Shown here: piece by piece, positions 1 through 8,134 of the stretch
How positions within the stretch are numbered: position 1 is the first letter of the stretch
Layout: each line of letters opens with the position of its first letter
Origin: Hyphomicrobiales bacterium
GTDB lineage: Bacteria; Pseudomonadota; Alphaproteobacteria; Rhizobiales; Devosiaceae
Assembly (NCBI GenBank): GCA_027082895.1
Contig: JALWTJ010000112.1
Location: 1-27,641 of the forward strand
Length of the DNA stretch: 27,641 nt
Direction of reading: 5' to 3'
Notes under the pieces: model-generated
Database searches by the model: none
What the model was told of the DNA's origin: nothing
The model's input: only the letters and a program-made list of their open reading frames with translations
Translations under genes and position numbers: made by a program

Positions 1-277
1 GATTGAGTCGCATCGGGACCGAGGGCTGGCCCACCTTTCCGCGCACGGGCTTGTCCCGCACCAGCAGCTGTTCCTTTTCCAGCGACCGCATGATGACGGT
101 GGCCGTCTGGGCGGAAAACCCGGCAATGCGGGCGATCTGTGCCTTGGAAAGGGATCCGTTGCGCCGGATGAGGGACAGAACCAGCCGTTCATTGTGATCC
201 CGCACGCGGGCCTGGTTCGATCCGCCGCGCAGGGACATGGGGTCGTCCGGTTTCCCCGATGTTTGCCACTTGGTCAA
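1..277 (-). CDS. frcR: ROK-family transcriptional regulator, N-terminal wHTH part only (runs off the left edge); FrcR-like
   Basis: Not in the ORF track. Reverse-strand translation gives MSLRGGSNQARVRDHNERLVLSLIRRNGSLSKAQIARIAGFSAQTATVIMRSLEKEQLLVRDKPVRGKVGQPSVPMRLN, a typical ROK wHTH. Start is TTG at 277 (AGGGGAG 6 nt upstream) or in-frame ATG at 238. Divergent from frcBCA. Confidence 0.85.
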   Translation of the reverse strand, partial: MTKWQTSGKPDDPMSLRGGSNQARVRDHNERLVLSLIRRNGSLSKAQIARIAGFSAQTATVIMRSLEKEQLLVRDKPVRGKVGQPSVPMRLN

Positions 278-339
278 TCCGTACTCCCCTGGTTGCCGGA
301 TGGATATGCCACGGTTGCCAGTGTCAACCAAGTCAATTG

Positions 340-358
340 ATAAATCAATCTGATTTAT
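340..358. promoter_or_regulatory. Perfect dyad ATAAATCA-N3-TGATTTAT, probable ROK (FrcR) operator
   Basis: 8-bp perfect inverted repeat between the divergent frcR and frcB, 3 bp upstream of a TTGACA hexamer. Confidence 0.65.
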
Positions 359-361
359 TTA

Positions 362-390
362 TTGACAGGCGACCGGATTTGGTGTGCCAT
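362..390 (+). promoter_or_regulatory. Putative sigma70 promoter of frcBCA
   Basis: TTGACA at 362-367, 17-bp spacer, weak -10 TGCCAT at 385-390. Confidence 0.45.
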
Positions 391-481
391 GGCCCCGGTC
401 TGTTCGGGGCCCTGTCGGCCCCGTGGATGTCGTGCGGGTCATTTCGACTCGTGGATTCACTTACGTTCTTGGGAGGAACCA

Positions 482-1507
482 ATGTCGTTACGAAACAAGA
501 TTCTGGGTGCCGCCGCCATTTCGGTCGTTGCCGCCCTTTCCGCATCCCCGGCCTTTGCCGTGGGCGCATGCCTGATCACCAAGACGGACACCAATCCGTT
601 TTTCGTCAAGATGAAGGAAGGGGCTCTGGCCAAGGCCCAGGAACTGGGGATCGAACTGTCCACTTTTGCCGGCAAGGTTGATGGGGACCATGAAAGCCAG
701 GTTGCCGCAGTTGAAACCTGTATTGCCTCTGGTGCCAGCGGCATTCTGATCGCCGCTTCGGACACCAAGGCCATTGTCGAACCGCTGGCCGTTGCCCGTG
801 ATGCCGGTCTTCTGGTCATTGCCCTGGACACGCCCCTTGATCCGATCGATGCGGCGGATGCCACCTTTGCCACCGACAATTTCGAGGCCGGCCGTCTGAT
901 CGGTGCCTGGGCCGCGGCAAGGCTGGGGGACGCAGCCAAGGACGCCAAGATCGCCATGCTCGATCTGAACGAGAGCCAGCCAACCGTTGGCGTATTGCGT
1001 GACCAGGGCTTCCTGACCGGTTTTGGCATTGATGTGGGCGACGTCTCCAAGTGGGGGGACGAAACCGATCCCCGCATTGTCGGACACGCCGTGACCTCGG
1101 GCAACAATGAAGGCGGGCGCACCGCCATGGAAGGCCTGTTGCTCAAGGAACCGGGCATCAACGTGGTCTATACCATCAACGAGCCGGCCGCCGATGGGGC
1201 CTTCGAGACCCTTCAGGCCTTCGGCGTGGATACCTCCAAGGTGTTGATCGTTTCGGTGGACGGCGGGTGCCCGGGTATTGACAGCGTGGCCAGCGGCGCC
1301 ATCGGGGCAACGTCCCAGCAATATCCGCTGCTGATGGCCTCCAAGGGTATCGAGGCCATTGCCGCCTGGGCTGCCGATGGTACCAAGCCGGAAAATTCGC
1401 CGGGACTGGACTTCTTCAATACCGGCGTCAACCTGGTGACGGACCATCCGGTTGACGGGGTGCCCTCCATCCCGGTTTCCGAAGGCAAGGACCGTTGCTG
1501 GGGCTGA
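482..1507 (+). CDS. frcB: Fructose/ribose/mannose-type sugar ABC transporter substrate-binding protein (341 aa)
   Basis: Signal peptide, then [39 protein letters not shown] and C-terminal CWG, closely resembling Sinorhizobium FrcB. ATG 482 with GGGAGG RBS preferred over the ORF-track start at 362. Confidence 0.9.
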   Translation: MSLRNKILGAAAISVVAALSASPAFAVGACLITKTDTNPFFVKMKEGALAKAQELGIELSTFAGKVDGDHESQVAAVETCIASGASGILIAASDTKAIVEPLAVARDAGLLVIALDTPLDPIDAADATFATDNFEAGRLIGAWAAARLGDAAKDAKIAMLDLNESQPTVGVLRDQGFLTGFGIDVGDVSKWGDETDPRIVGHAVTSGNNEGGRTAMEGLLLKEPGINVVYTINEPAADGAFETLQAFGVDTSKVLIVSVDGGCPGIDSVASGAIGATSQQYPLLMASKGIEAIAAWAADGTKPENSPGLDFFNTGVNLVTDHPVDGVPSIPVSEGKDRCWG

Positions 1508-1554
1508 CCTGACAGATTTTCCTCGCCGGAAGTGAGGGAAAGTGAAAAATGATG

Positions 1555-1584
1555 TTTGGGGCGGTCTTGACGGATCGCCCCGAA
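1555..1584 (+). terminator. Intercistronic stem-loop after frcB
   Basis: TTTGGGGCGGTC-N6-GATCGCCCCGAA, 12-bp stem with two G-U pairs, followed by TTTC. Confidence 0.5.
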
Positions 1585-1652
1585 TTTCACCTAACTGGAC
1601 ATCGGGGGGAAGCAGATCCCTCTCCACGTCGTTGATTGTCAGGGCTTCGGGA

Positions 1653-2711
1653 ATGACATCTCAGAATTTTGAACAGCAGCTTGACCTGAGTGACACCCAG
1701 GTCGCCGAATTTGAGCATCACAGTTTGAACACACTGGGCAAGTTCCAGCATTTTCTGCATGGAAATCCGGCCATGATCCCCGTGATCATACTCCTGTTGT
1801 CCATAGCCGCCTTCGGCGTGGTTGCCGGGGGCAAGTTCTTCTCCCTGTTCAACCTGTCCCTGATCATGCAGCAGGTGGGGATCGTGGGCATACTGGCCTC
1901 GGCCCAGACCCTGATCATCCTGACGGCAGGCATTGACCTGTCCGTTGCCGCCATCATGGTGCTTTCCTATGTGGTCATGGGAAAGCTCGCCGTCCATATG
2001 GGTATCTATCCGCCTCTTGCCATTGCCGCAGGCATTGTTGTTGCCGTGGCAGCGGGCACCCTCAACGGCCTCCTGGTGTCCCGGGTCAAGCTGCCCCCTT
2101 TCATCGTGACCCTGGGAACCTGGCGCATATTTCTGGCCATCGTGTTTCTTTACACCGGATCGGAATCCATCCGCGGGCAGGACATCAACGCCACCGCTCC
2201 GCTGCTCCGGTTCTTCGGGCAGCGGGTCAATCTGGGTGGCGCCGTCTTCACCTATGGCGTGTTCCTGATGATCGCCATCTTCGTCGTGGTCTGGTACCTG
2301 CTCAACCGCACCGCCTGGGGACGCCACGTCTATGCGGTGGGCGATGATCAGGAAGCAGCAGAACTGTCCGGCATCCGTACCGGCCGCTTGCTGCTCAGTG
2401 TCTATGCCATGGCCGGACTGATCTGCGGACTGGGGGCCTGGGCGGCCATCGGTCGGGTCGGGTCCGTGTCCCCATCCAGCTTTGCCGATGCCAATCTGAA
2501 CTCCATTACCGCCGTCGTGATCGGGGGCACTTCCCTTTTCGGCGGTCGGGGCGCCATTTTCGGCTCTCTGTTCGGCGCCCTGATCGTGGGAGTATTTTCC
2601 TCCGGCCTCAAACTGGCCGGAGCCGATCCCCAGTGGGAGCTTTTTGCCATCGGCTGCCTGATTATCGCCGCCGTGGCGCTGGACCAATGGATCAGGAGGG
2701 TTGCCGCATGA
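1653..2711 (+). CDS. frcC: Sugar ABC transporter permease (352 aa)
   Basis: Hydrophobic BPD_transp_2-type protein with ILTAGIDLSV, GRHVYAVGDDQEAAELSGI, AVVIGGTSLFGGRG and FrcC-like C-terminus DQWIRRVAA. Start set at ATG 1653. Confidence 0.9.
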   Translation: MTSQNFEQQLDLSDTQVAEFEHHSLNTLGKFQHFLHGNPAMIPVIILLLSIAAFGVVAGGKFFSLFNLSLIMQQVGIVGILASAQTLIILTAGIDLSVAAIMVLSYVVMGKLAVHMGIYPPLAIAAGIVVAVAAGTLNGLLVSRVKLPPFIVTLGTWRIFLAIVFLYTGSESIRGQDINATAPLLRFFGQRVNLGGAVFTYGVFLMIAIFVVVWYLLNRTAWGRHVYAVGDDQEAAELSGIRTGRLLLSVYAMAGLICGLGAWAAIGRVGSVSPSSFADANLNSITAVVIGGTSLFGGRGAIFGSLFGALIVGVFSSGLKLAGADPQWELFAIGCLIIAAVALDQWIRRVAA

Positions 2712-3505
2712 TTACGCCCGATTACACCGCCCGCCCGATACTTTCCGCCCGTAACCTGATGAAGAAATACGGACGGGTCGTTGCATTGGACAATGCCGAT
2801 TTCGAACTTTATCCGGGGGAAATCCTCGGGGTCATCGGCGACAATGGTGCAGGCAAGTCCACCATGATCAAGGTTCTTTCCGGCGCGGTCCAGCCCGATT
2901 CCGGTGAAATCATGCTGGAAGGGAAACCCGTATCCTTTTCCAATCCGTTGCAGGCCCGCGAACAGGGCATAGAAACGGTTTATCAGACCCTGGCCCTGTC
3001 CCCCGCTATGTCCATCTCCGCCAACATGTTCCTTGGCCGGGAAATGCGCCAGAAGGGGTTCCTTGGCAAATATTTCCGCAAGCTGGACCGCAAGGGCATG
3101 GACACCATCGCCCGGGACAAGCTGTCCGAACTGGGGCTGATGACCATTCAGAATATCGGGCAGGCTGTGGAAACCCTGTCCGGCGGCCAGCGCCAGGGGG
3201 TTGCGGTGGCCCGGGCCACTGCCTTCGGCTCCAAGGTCGTGATCATGGATGAACCCACCGCGGCACTGGGTGTCAAGGAAAGCCGGCGGGTGCTGGAACT
3301 GATTCTGGAGGTGCGCAACCGGGGCATTCCCATCGTGCTGATTTCCCACAACATGCCCCATGTGTTCGAGGTTGCGGACCGCATCCATGTCCATCGTCTG
3401 GGCCGGCGGCTGACGGTTCTGGACCCCAGGGAACATTCCATGTCCGACGCGGTGGCTTTCATGACCGGAGCAAAAAAGCCCCCCGAAGAGGAAGCGGCAG
3501 CCTGA
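2708..3505 (+). CDS. frcA: Sugar ABC transporter ATP-binding protein (265 aa)
   Basis: Walker A GDNGAGKST, signature LSGGQ, Walker B VIMDEPT; ATGA overlap with the frcC stop. Confidence 0.9.
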   Translation: MITPDYTARPILSARNLMKKYGRVVALDNADFELYPGEILGVIGDNGAGKSTMIKVLSGAVQPDSGEIMLEGKPVSFSNPLQAREQGIETVYQTLALSPAMSISANMFLGREMRQKGFLGKYFRKLDRKGMDTIARDKLSELGLMTIQNIGQAVETLSGGQRQGVAVARATAFGSKVVIMDEPTAALGVKESRRVLELILEVRNRGIPIVLISHNMPHVFEVADRIHVHRLGRRLTVLDPREHSMSDAVAFMTGAKKPPEEEAAA

Positions 3506-3555
3506 GGCTGTCATGTTCGGGGCAAGGCCAACCTGCCCATCGTCAAATGGAGCAA

Positions 3556-3581
3556 CACCGCAATTTCCGTGAATCGCGGTG
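3556..3581. terminator. Possible bidirectional terminator between convergent genes
   Basis: CACCGC...GCGGTG stem with imperfect inner extension, between frcA and the convergent hypothetical gene. Confidence 0.35.
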
Positions 3582-3604
3582 CGTGTTTGTGTGGTCGGGA
3601 AGAA

Positions 3605-4018
3605 TCAGCACTCAACGTGCAGGGGAACCCAGGGGCTGGATACGTCCGAGTGGGGCGTGACCACATGATATTTCATGTCCAGCGACGAGCCGACAAGCAT
3701 GGTATCGCTCCAGGTGCCCATGGTGACGCCATTGTTGCCCTTGACGGTTTCGACCATGAAGGGGCCGAGCACCGTTCCGTTGCTGGCAACAACCAGGATG
3801 GGAAATGTGGAAGGCTTGTTTGAAAACACCCAGGCGGTCAGCTTGGCGTTGCCCGGGCACACGTTGCCCGCGGGAGGCTGAACACCCAGTTGAATGCGCG
3901 TGACCCGGGGTTTGGGTGCGCCACCCCCTTGAAGGTCAAGCCCGGCGGCTTCTGCCATGCCGGCAGTGGTGGTGACAAGAATGGCAGCGGTAGTAACGGA
4001 TGCGAGCAGTTTGGACAT
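3605..4018 (-). CDS. Hypothetical secreted protein (137 aa, two Cys, beta-rich)
   Basis: ATG 4018 with GGAGGG RBS; signal peptide MSKLLASVTTAAILVTTTAGMAEA; Cys in NVCPG and at the C-terminus (VEC). No family recognised. Confidence 0.75.
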   Translation of the reverse strand: MSKLLASVTTAAILVTTTAGMAEAAGLDLQGGGAPKPRVTRIQLGVQPPAGNVCPGNAKLTAWVFSNKPSTFPILVVASNGTVLGPFMVETVKGNNGVTMGTWSDTMLVGSSLDMKYHVVTPHSDVSSPWVPLHVEC

Positions 4019-4069
4019 TTGGGGTCCCTCCAGGGAATTTTCGATGACCGGATGATGGCAGACGCTCGT

Positions 4070-4106
4070 TGAACACATTCTGAAATCCCCGTTCACTTCC
4101 TGTTCA
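4070..4106. promoter_or_regulatory. Symmetric four-box motif TGAA-N7-TGAA-N7-TTCA-N7-TTCA
   Basis: Boxes at 4070, 4081, 4092 and 4103 with exact 11-bp period, 52 bp upstream of the ATG at 4018. Confidence 0.55.
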
Positions 4107-4123
4107 GGATCCCGGAAAGGAAA

Positions 4124-4153
4124 CCGCACCCCTTCAGGCAGGAAGGGGTGCGG
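4124..4153 (-). terminator. Rho-independent terminator of the spondin-like gene
   Basis: Perfect 12-bp stem CCGCACCCCTTC/GAAGGGGTGCGG, 6-nt loop, followed on the minus strand by TTTCCTTTCC. Confidence 0.75.
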
Positions 4154-4205
4154 CATCTTCAGTTTCCGGATGAGCGTGAAAAGGCAGGTATCCGGACCTG
4201 AATGC

Positions 4206-4877
4206 CTACATGTTGTCCATCAACTCGATCTTGATGGTTCCCCAGCCCATGCCATCCACGCTGGTGATGGTCTTGGTGCCTTCATCGTGGCCGATATCAT
4301 AACGGGAGAATTCGGCCTTGATGCCGTGATCCCCCATCATGGTGTCATTGCCCATGTTGTCGTCCTTCATGGTGTCATTGCCCATGGAGTCATCCTTCAT
4401 GGTATCGCTGCCCATGGAGTCATCCTTCATGGTGTCGCCGCCCATGGAGTCGCCCATCAGGCCCGACAGGTCGACAACGGCGGTCAGGTAATTGTCCGGC
4501 ACCTCGGTGGGCGCAACCATGGCAAGGAAGCGCAGCATCTGCACCTTGGTGTCCAGCTGGAAGGTAACGGACTTGCCCGGAGCCAGCAGAACCCCCGGAG
4601 GGCCATCTTCCCCGTGAACGACCGAGGCATCGGTGCCGATACGAGCCACCAGCTTGGCCGGATCACCGGTCAGGATCTGCTCCTCGGCTTCCCGGGTCAC
4701 ATAGTGGCCGCGAAAGATATCCCGGTCATGGGCGGTGGCCACGATCACGATGGGCGCGATCAGTTCACTGTCCATGTGGTTGGTGATGGTGATCTTGTAG
4801 GAAGCGGCAAGGCTTGCAGAGGCGCTCAACAGGGTGAAGGCGGAAATGGCGCCGGCGGTCAAAAGTGTCTTTTTCAT
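4206..4877 (-). CDS. Secreted spondin_N-like protein with an internal Met-rich pentapeptide repeat (223 aa)
   Basis: ATG 4877 with GAGG RBS; signal peptide MKKTLLTAGAISAFTLLSASASLA; segments YKITITN, LLAPGKSVTF, MVAPT..D and YDIGHD resemble bacterial spondin domains; the repeat lies between the last two segments. Confidence 0.7.
   Translation of the reverse strand: MKKTLLTAGAISAFTLLSASASLAASYKITITNHMDSELIAPIVIVATAHDRDIFRGHYVTREAEEQILTGDPAKLVARIGTDASVVHGEDGPPGVLLAPGKSVTFQLDTKVQMLRFLAMVAPTEVPDNYLTAVVDLSGLMGDSMGGDTMKDDSMGSDTMKDDSMGNDTMKDDNMGNDTMMGDHGIKAEFSRYDIGHDEGTKTITSVDGMGWGTIKIELMDNM
4338..4457 (-). repeat. Coding tandem repeat, about 4 x 30 nt (8 x 15 nt), encoding M-[GK]-x-D-[STN]
   Basis: Units such as catggtgtcattgcccatggagtcatcctt; protein MGDSMGGDTMKDDSMGSDTMKDDSMGNDTMKDDNMGNDTMMGDHG. 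Confidence 0.9.
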
Positions 4878-4979
4878 GATTGTCCTCAAGTTTGTTGGTG
4901 TGCATGCACGCATTGTGATTTTTGCGTTTGGTGCATGCCCGACAGCTAACCCCCGTGTGCTTTGGAGGCGTAAGCGGGG

Positions 4980-5024
4980 GGTTAGGATTTGGTTAGGAAG
5001 CAACACAAGCCTGTGAAAGCCTGT
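4980..5024. promoter_or_regulatory. Two direct-repeat pairs, candidate OmpR-family binding sites
   Basis: GGTTAGGA at 4980 and 4991 (11-bp period); AAGCCTGT at 5007 and 5017 (10-bp period); between the divergent spondin-like and response regulator genes. Confidence 0.5.
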
Positions 5025-5117
5025 TTTTTTGGGGATTTTTTCACGCATTACGGGCTAACATGTGTACCGCGTTCTCCACCGGAGGGCCGATAGATATTCT
5101 TTGGGAAACACGTTTTG

Positions 5118-5909
5118 ATGCATTCGGACTCTGGATATCCTGACCCCGATCGCCAGCCGGAAAGAAAGATCCTGGTGGCCGAGGATGACGATAATATCCG
5201 CAATCTGCTCGCCTCCTACCTGTCGGTGAGCGGATTTGCCACCGTGCCCGTTGCCACCGGGTCCGCTGCCATGCGCAGCCTGGAAAGGGAAAGGTTCGAT
5301 CTGGCCGTGCTCGACATCATGCTGCCGGATGTGAACGGCCTGGACATTTGCACCCGGGTGCGCGAGCACCACAACATGCCCATCCTGATGCTGACGGCCC
5401 TTGGAGAAGAACGGGACCGCATCCGCGGCTTCGAAGTGGGGGCCGATGACTACCTGGTCAAGCCGTTCTCCCCCCGTGAACTGGTGGCCCGGGTCAAGGC
5501 CATCCTGCGCCGCACCGCCCCGGGGGATGGGGATGCCCGCCTGCCGGCCGGAGATTCTCCCCCCGGTTCCGCGCCCTATCCCATTCGCGTGGATATGGAA
5601 TGCAAGAGCGTTCACTATCTGGACCGGGAGCTGGAGCTGACCCGCTACGAATTCAAGATCCTGTCCGCCCTCGTGCGACGCCCCGGTGTCGTCTTTTCCC
5701 GCGACGAACTGCTTGATCTGCTCTATCCCACCGGCGTCAGCGTGGTGCCCAAGGCCGTGGACGTGCATATCCACAACCTGCGCACCAAGCTGGGCAAGGA
5801 AGGTGCAAAGCTGATCCAGACCGTGCGCAGTTTCGGTTACCGGGCCGCAAAGGTGGACCCTTCCGCTGCCCCGGATCAACATATCCTGCCCGGCACCCGC
5901 GATGATTGA
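5118..5909 (+). CDS. OmpR/PhoB-family response regulator (BaeR/CopR-like)
   Basis: Receiver ILVAEDD, phospho-acceptor VLDIMLP, GADDYLVKPF, and C-terminal wHTH VDVHIHNLRTKL...IQTVRSFGY. ATG 5118 (TTG 5115 alternative). Confidence 0.9.
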   Translation: MHSDSGYPDPDRQPERKILVAEDDDNIRNLLASYLSVSGFATVPVATGSAAMRSLERERFDLAVLDIMLPDVNGLDICTRVREHHNMPILMLTALGEERDRIRGFEVGADDYLVKPFSPRELVARVKAILRRTAPGDGDARLPAGDSPPGSAPYPIRVDMECKSVHYLDRELELTRYEFKILSALVRRPGVVFSRDELLDLLYPTGVSVVPKAVDVHIHNLRTKLGKEGAKLIQTVRSFGYRAAKVDPSAAPDQHILPGTRDD

Positions 5910-7047
5910 CTCCCGTCCTCCCCGCAAGACCTTCCCCATCCTGCTGTTGCAACTGGTGGTGGCCAACATTCTGGTGGCCATGGCGGTGACGGGCACGCTC
6001 TATGTCCTGTTCACCCGCCTGATGGATGCCTATTTCGAACGCCTGATGCACGAGTTCGACATTTCCCCCACCAAGCTCAATTCCATGTTCACCAGCGATG
6101 TCGAACAAAGCCTGTGGTGGGGTATCGTCGTGGCTCTTGCGCTGGGGATCCTCCTGTCCTGGTTGCTGACCCGCACCCTTCTGCGCCCTATTTCCAAGAT
6201 GGTTCGTGCCACCGAAAAGATCGCCGATGGCGACCTGTCCGCCCGTGCCCCCGACCTGAAGGGGGAACTGGGCACCCTTTCCTGGCACATGAACCACATG
6301 GCCGCGGCCCTTGAATCCCAGGAGCAGGGCCGCCAGCAATTGCTGCGCGATCTCAGCCATGAATTGCGCACCCCCCTGACCAATGTTCGTGGCTATATCG
6401 AGGGCATGGAAGACGGGGTCTTTCAGCCCGGTCCCGAGGTTTTCGGCGTGCTCAATGCCGAGGTAAAACGCCTGAGCGGCCTGATCGATGATCTGAGCGA
6501 GCTTTCCCTTTCCGAGGAAGCCCCCGACCGGCAGAAGCTGGAGCCGGTCGACCTGCGGGCCCATGTGGATGCGGTTATCGCCGCCCACCGCGCCCGCATG
6601 ATCGAAGCCGGCTTCCGTATCAGGGTGCAGGAGATTGGTACGCCCACGAAAGTGATGGCGGAGCCGGGAAAGCTGCAACAGATCTTCAACAATGCCGTGG
6701 CCAACATGGTGCAATATTCCGATTGCCGTTTCGTGCCCGCCGAACAGCAGGGCCCGGCCGCCTGTGACGGTGCGGTCATTCTGGACTGGTCCAGCCCCCG
6801 GCAGGTCAAGGTCTGCTTTGAAAACTGGGCCGCCCCCATTCCCGAACAGGACATGGCCCACCTGTTCGATCGCTTCTACCGGGTGGACAAGTCCCGCTCG
6901 GGCACCGCCAGCAATGTCGGGCTGGGGCTGGCCATCATGAAGCGGTTGGTGGGCGCGCTGGGGGGGCGGGTCTGGGCCAGCCAGACCCGGGGACGTTTCC
7001 AGCTTTTCGTCGCCCTGAGCCGTACCGGCACATCGGCCCCTGCCTGA
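5902..7047 (+). CDS. HAMP-domain sensor histidine kinase with two TM helices and a short periplasmic loop
   Basis: H-box LSHELRTPL, HAMP, HATPase LFDRFYRVDKSR...GLGLAI; overlaps the response regulator stop. Confidence 0.9.
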   Translation: MIDSRPPRKTFPILLLQLVVANILVAMAVTGTLYVLFTRLMDAYFERLMHEFDISPTKLNSMFTSDVEQSLWWGIVVALALGILLSWLLTRTLLRPISKMVRATEKIADGDLSARAPDLKGELGTLSWHMNHMAAALESQEQGRQQLLRDLSHELRTPLTNVRGYIEGMEDGVFQPGPEVFGVLNAEVKRLSGLIDDLSELSLSEEAPDRQKLEPVDLRAHVDAVIAAHRARMIEAGFRIRVQEIGTPTKVMAEPGKLQQIFNNAVANMVQYSDCRFVPAEQQGPAACDGAVILDWSSPRQVKVCFENWAAPIPEQDMAHLFDRFYRVDKSRSGTASNVGLGLAIMKRLVGALGGRVWASQTRGRFQLFVALSRTGTSAPA

Positions 7048-7060
7048 TCGCGCGGATCGT

Positions 7061-7963
7061 TCAGCCCGTTTTCGTCATGGCGGAAACCGCCTCCCTTGCC
7101 ACGTCCATGAAGGTGCGGATGAGGCGGCTTTCGCCCCGTTCCGTCAGGCAAATCAGCGCCTCCTGCATCGGCTCGGACAGCCCCGCAATGTCAAGGGGTA
7201 CCAGGCGTCCATCATGGCCGAATTCCGCCCGCGACACGAAACCGATACCGGCCCCCGCCGCCACGATCTCGCGCACCGCCTCCCGACCCTCCGCCTCGAT
7301 GGCCGGGGTCAGCGCGATGCCGTTTCGTTTCGCATACCGTTCCATTATCTGTCGCGTTCGCGACCCCTTTTCCCGCATGACCAGGGGCAGTTTCTGCAGG
7401 TCGTCCGCCGTCAGTACCTGCCCCTTTTCCAGCCCGAATTTTCGGTCCGCACAAAGGCTTGCGGCTGCAAAGGCAATCACCGGCGTCGAACTGAGGGGCA
7501 GGCACTGGAAGCGGGCGGTGGCGGGAACCTCCCCCAGCACGCCGATTTCGGCGCGGTAATTGATCAGGGCATCGCGCACATCGTCACTGTTGCCTGCGCG
7601 CAGGGAAACGAAGATACCGGGAAACCGGGTCCGGAAGGTGCTGAGCACGTCCAGTACATGGAACGGGGAATCGGCGATGATGCGCAGCTTTCCCGCGCGC
7701 AATGCCCGACTTTCCGCCAGAAATTCGCGTGTCTGTTCCTCCGCTTCGAACAGGCGGCGCGTATGAGCCAGCAGCTTTTGGCCGAAAGGGGTCAGGCAGA
7801 CCTGTTTGTGGCTGCGGTCGAACAGCAGCACGTCATGTTCGGCCTCCAGCCGGGCCACCTGGTCGGAAAGGGCCGGTTGCGTCAGCCCCAGCGCGCGGGC
7901 CGCCTTCGAGAACCCGCCATGAATGGCCACATGGTGAAAGGCGCGCAACTGGACATAACGCAT
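7061..7963 (-). CDS. LysR-family regulator of the aminoethylphosphonate-catabolism-associated type
   Basis: HTH QLRAFHHVAIHGGFSKAARALGLTQPALSDQV; ESRALRAGKLRI, GNSDDV, EGREAVREIV and CLTERGESRLI segments resemble the TIGR03339-type family; divergent from phnW. Confidence 0.85.
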   Translation of the reverse strand: MRYVQLRAFHHVAIHGGFSKAARALGLTQPALSDQVARLEAEHDVLLFDRSHKQVCLTPFGQKLLAHTRRLFEAEEQTREFLAESRALRAGKLRIIADSPFHVLDVLSTFRTRFPGIFVSLRAGNSDDVRDALINYRAEIGVLGEVPATARFQCLPLSSTPVIAFAAASLCADRKFGLEKGQVLTADDLQKLPLVMREKGSRTRQIMERYAKRNGIALTPAIEAEGREAVREIVAAGAGIGFVSRAEFGHDGRLVPLDIAGLSEPMQEALICLTERGESRLIRTFMDVAREAVSAMTKTG

Positions 7964-7979
7964 GGGGCGTCTCCAACAA

Positions 7980-7994
7980 ATAAGCAGTATCTAT
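7980..7994. promoter_or_regulatory. Putative LysR recognition site (T-N11-A)
   Basis: ATAA-gcagtat-CTAT imperfect dyad in the AT-rich lysR-phnW spacer, 16 bp upstream of the lysR start. Confidence 0.45.
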
Positions 7995-8090
7995 GATAAT
8001 ATACAAATTAACGATTTTACAAATGAATTGGCAGGTCGTACCAGTGCCAGGCAACAAGCCGGAGCCGTGCATCAGGCGGCCCACCCGCTG

Positions 8091-8108
8091 GCCGGGCACC
8101 TGCCCGGC
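8091..8108 (+). other. GC-rich inverted repeat in the phnW leader
   Basis: GCCGGGCA-CC-TGCCCGGC, perfect 8-bp arms, about 15 nt upstream of the GGAGG RBS. Confidence 0.35.
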
Positions 8109-8134
8109 AGTTTCAAACCCCCGGAGGAAGGCCC

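Noticed and set aside
457-3514. Minus-strand ORFs of 234-379 aa over frcBCA
   Set aside because: Antisense shadows with no family motifs.
4338-4457. 30-nt tandem repeats as a possible CRISPR array
   Set aside because: No unique spacers, units are in-frame multiples of 3 inside a CDS, and no cas genes are present.
4170-4949. 259-aa plus-strand ORF with HGVIAHGVILHG repeats
   Set aside because: Antisense reading of the Met-rich repeat; the minus-strand gene has the RBS, signal peptide and terminator.
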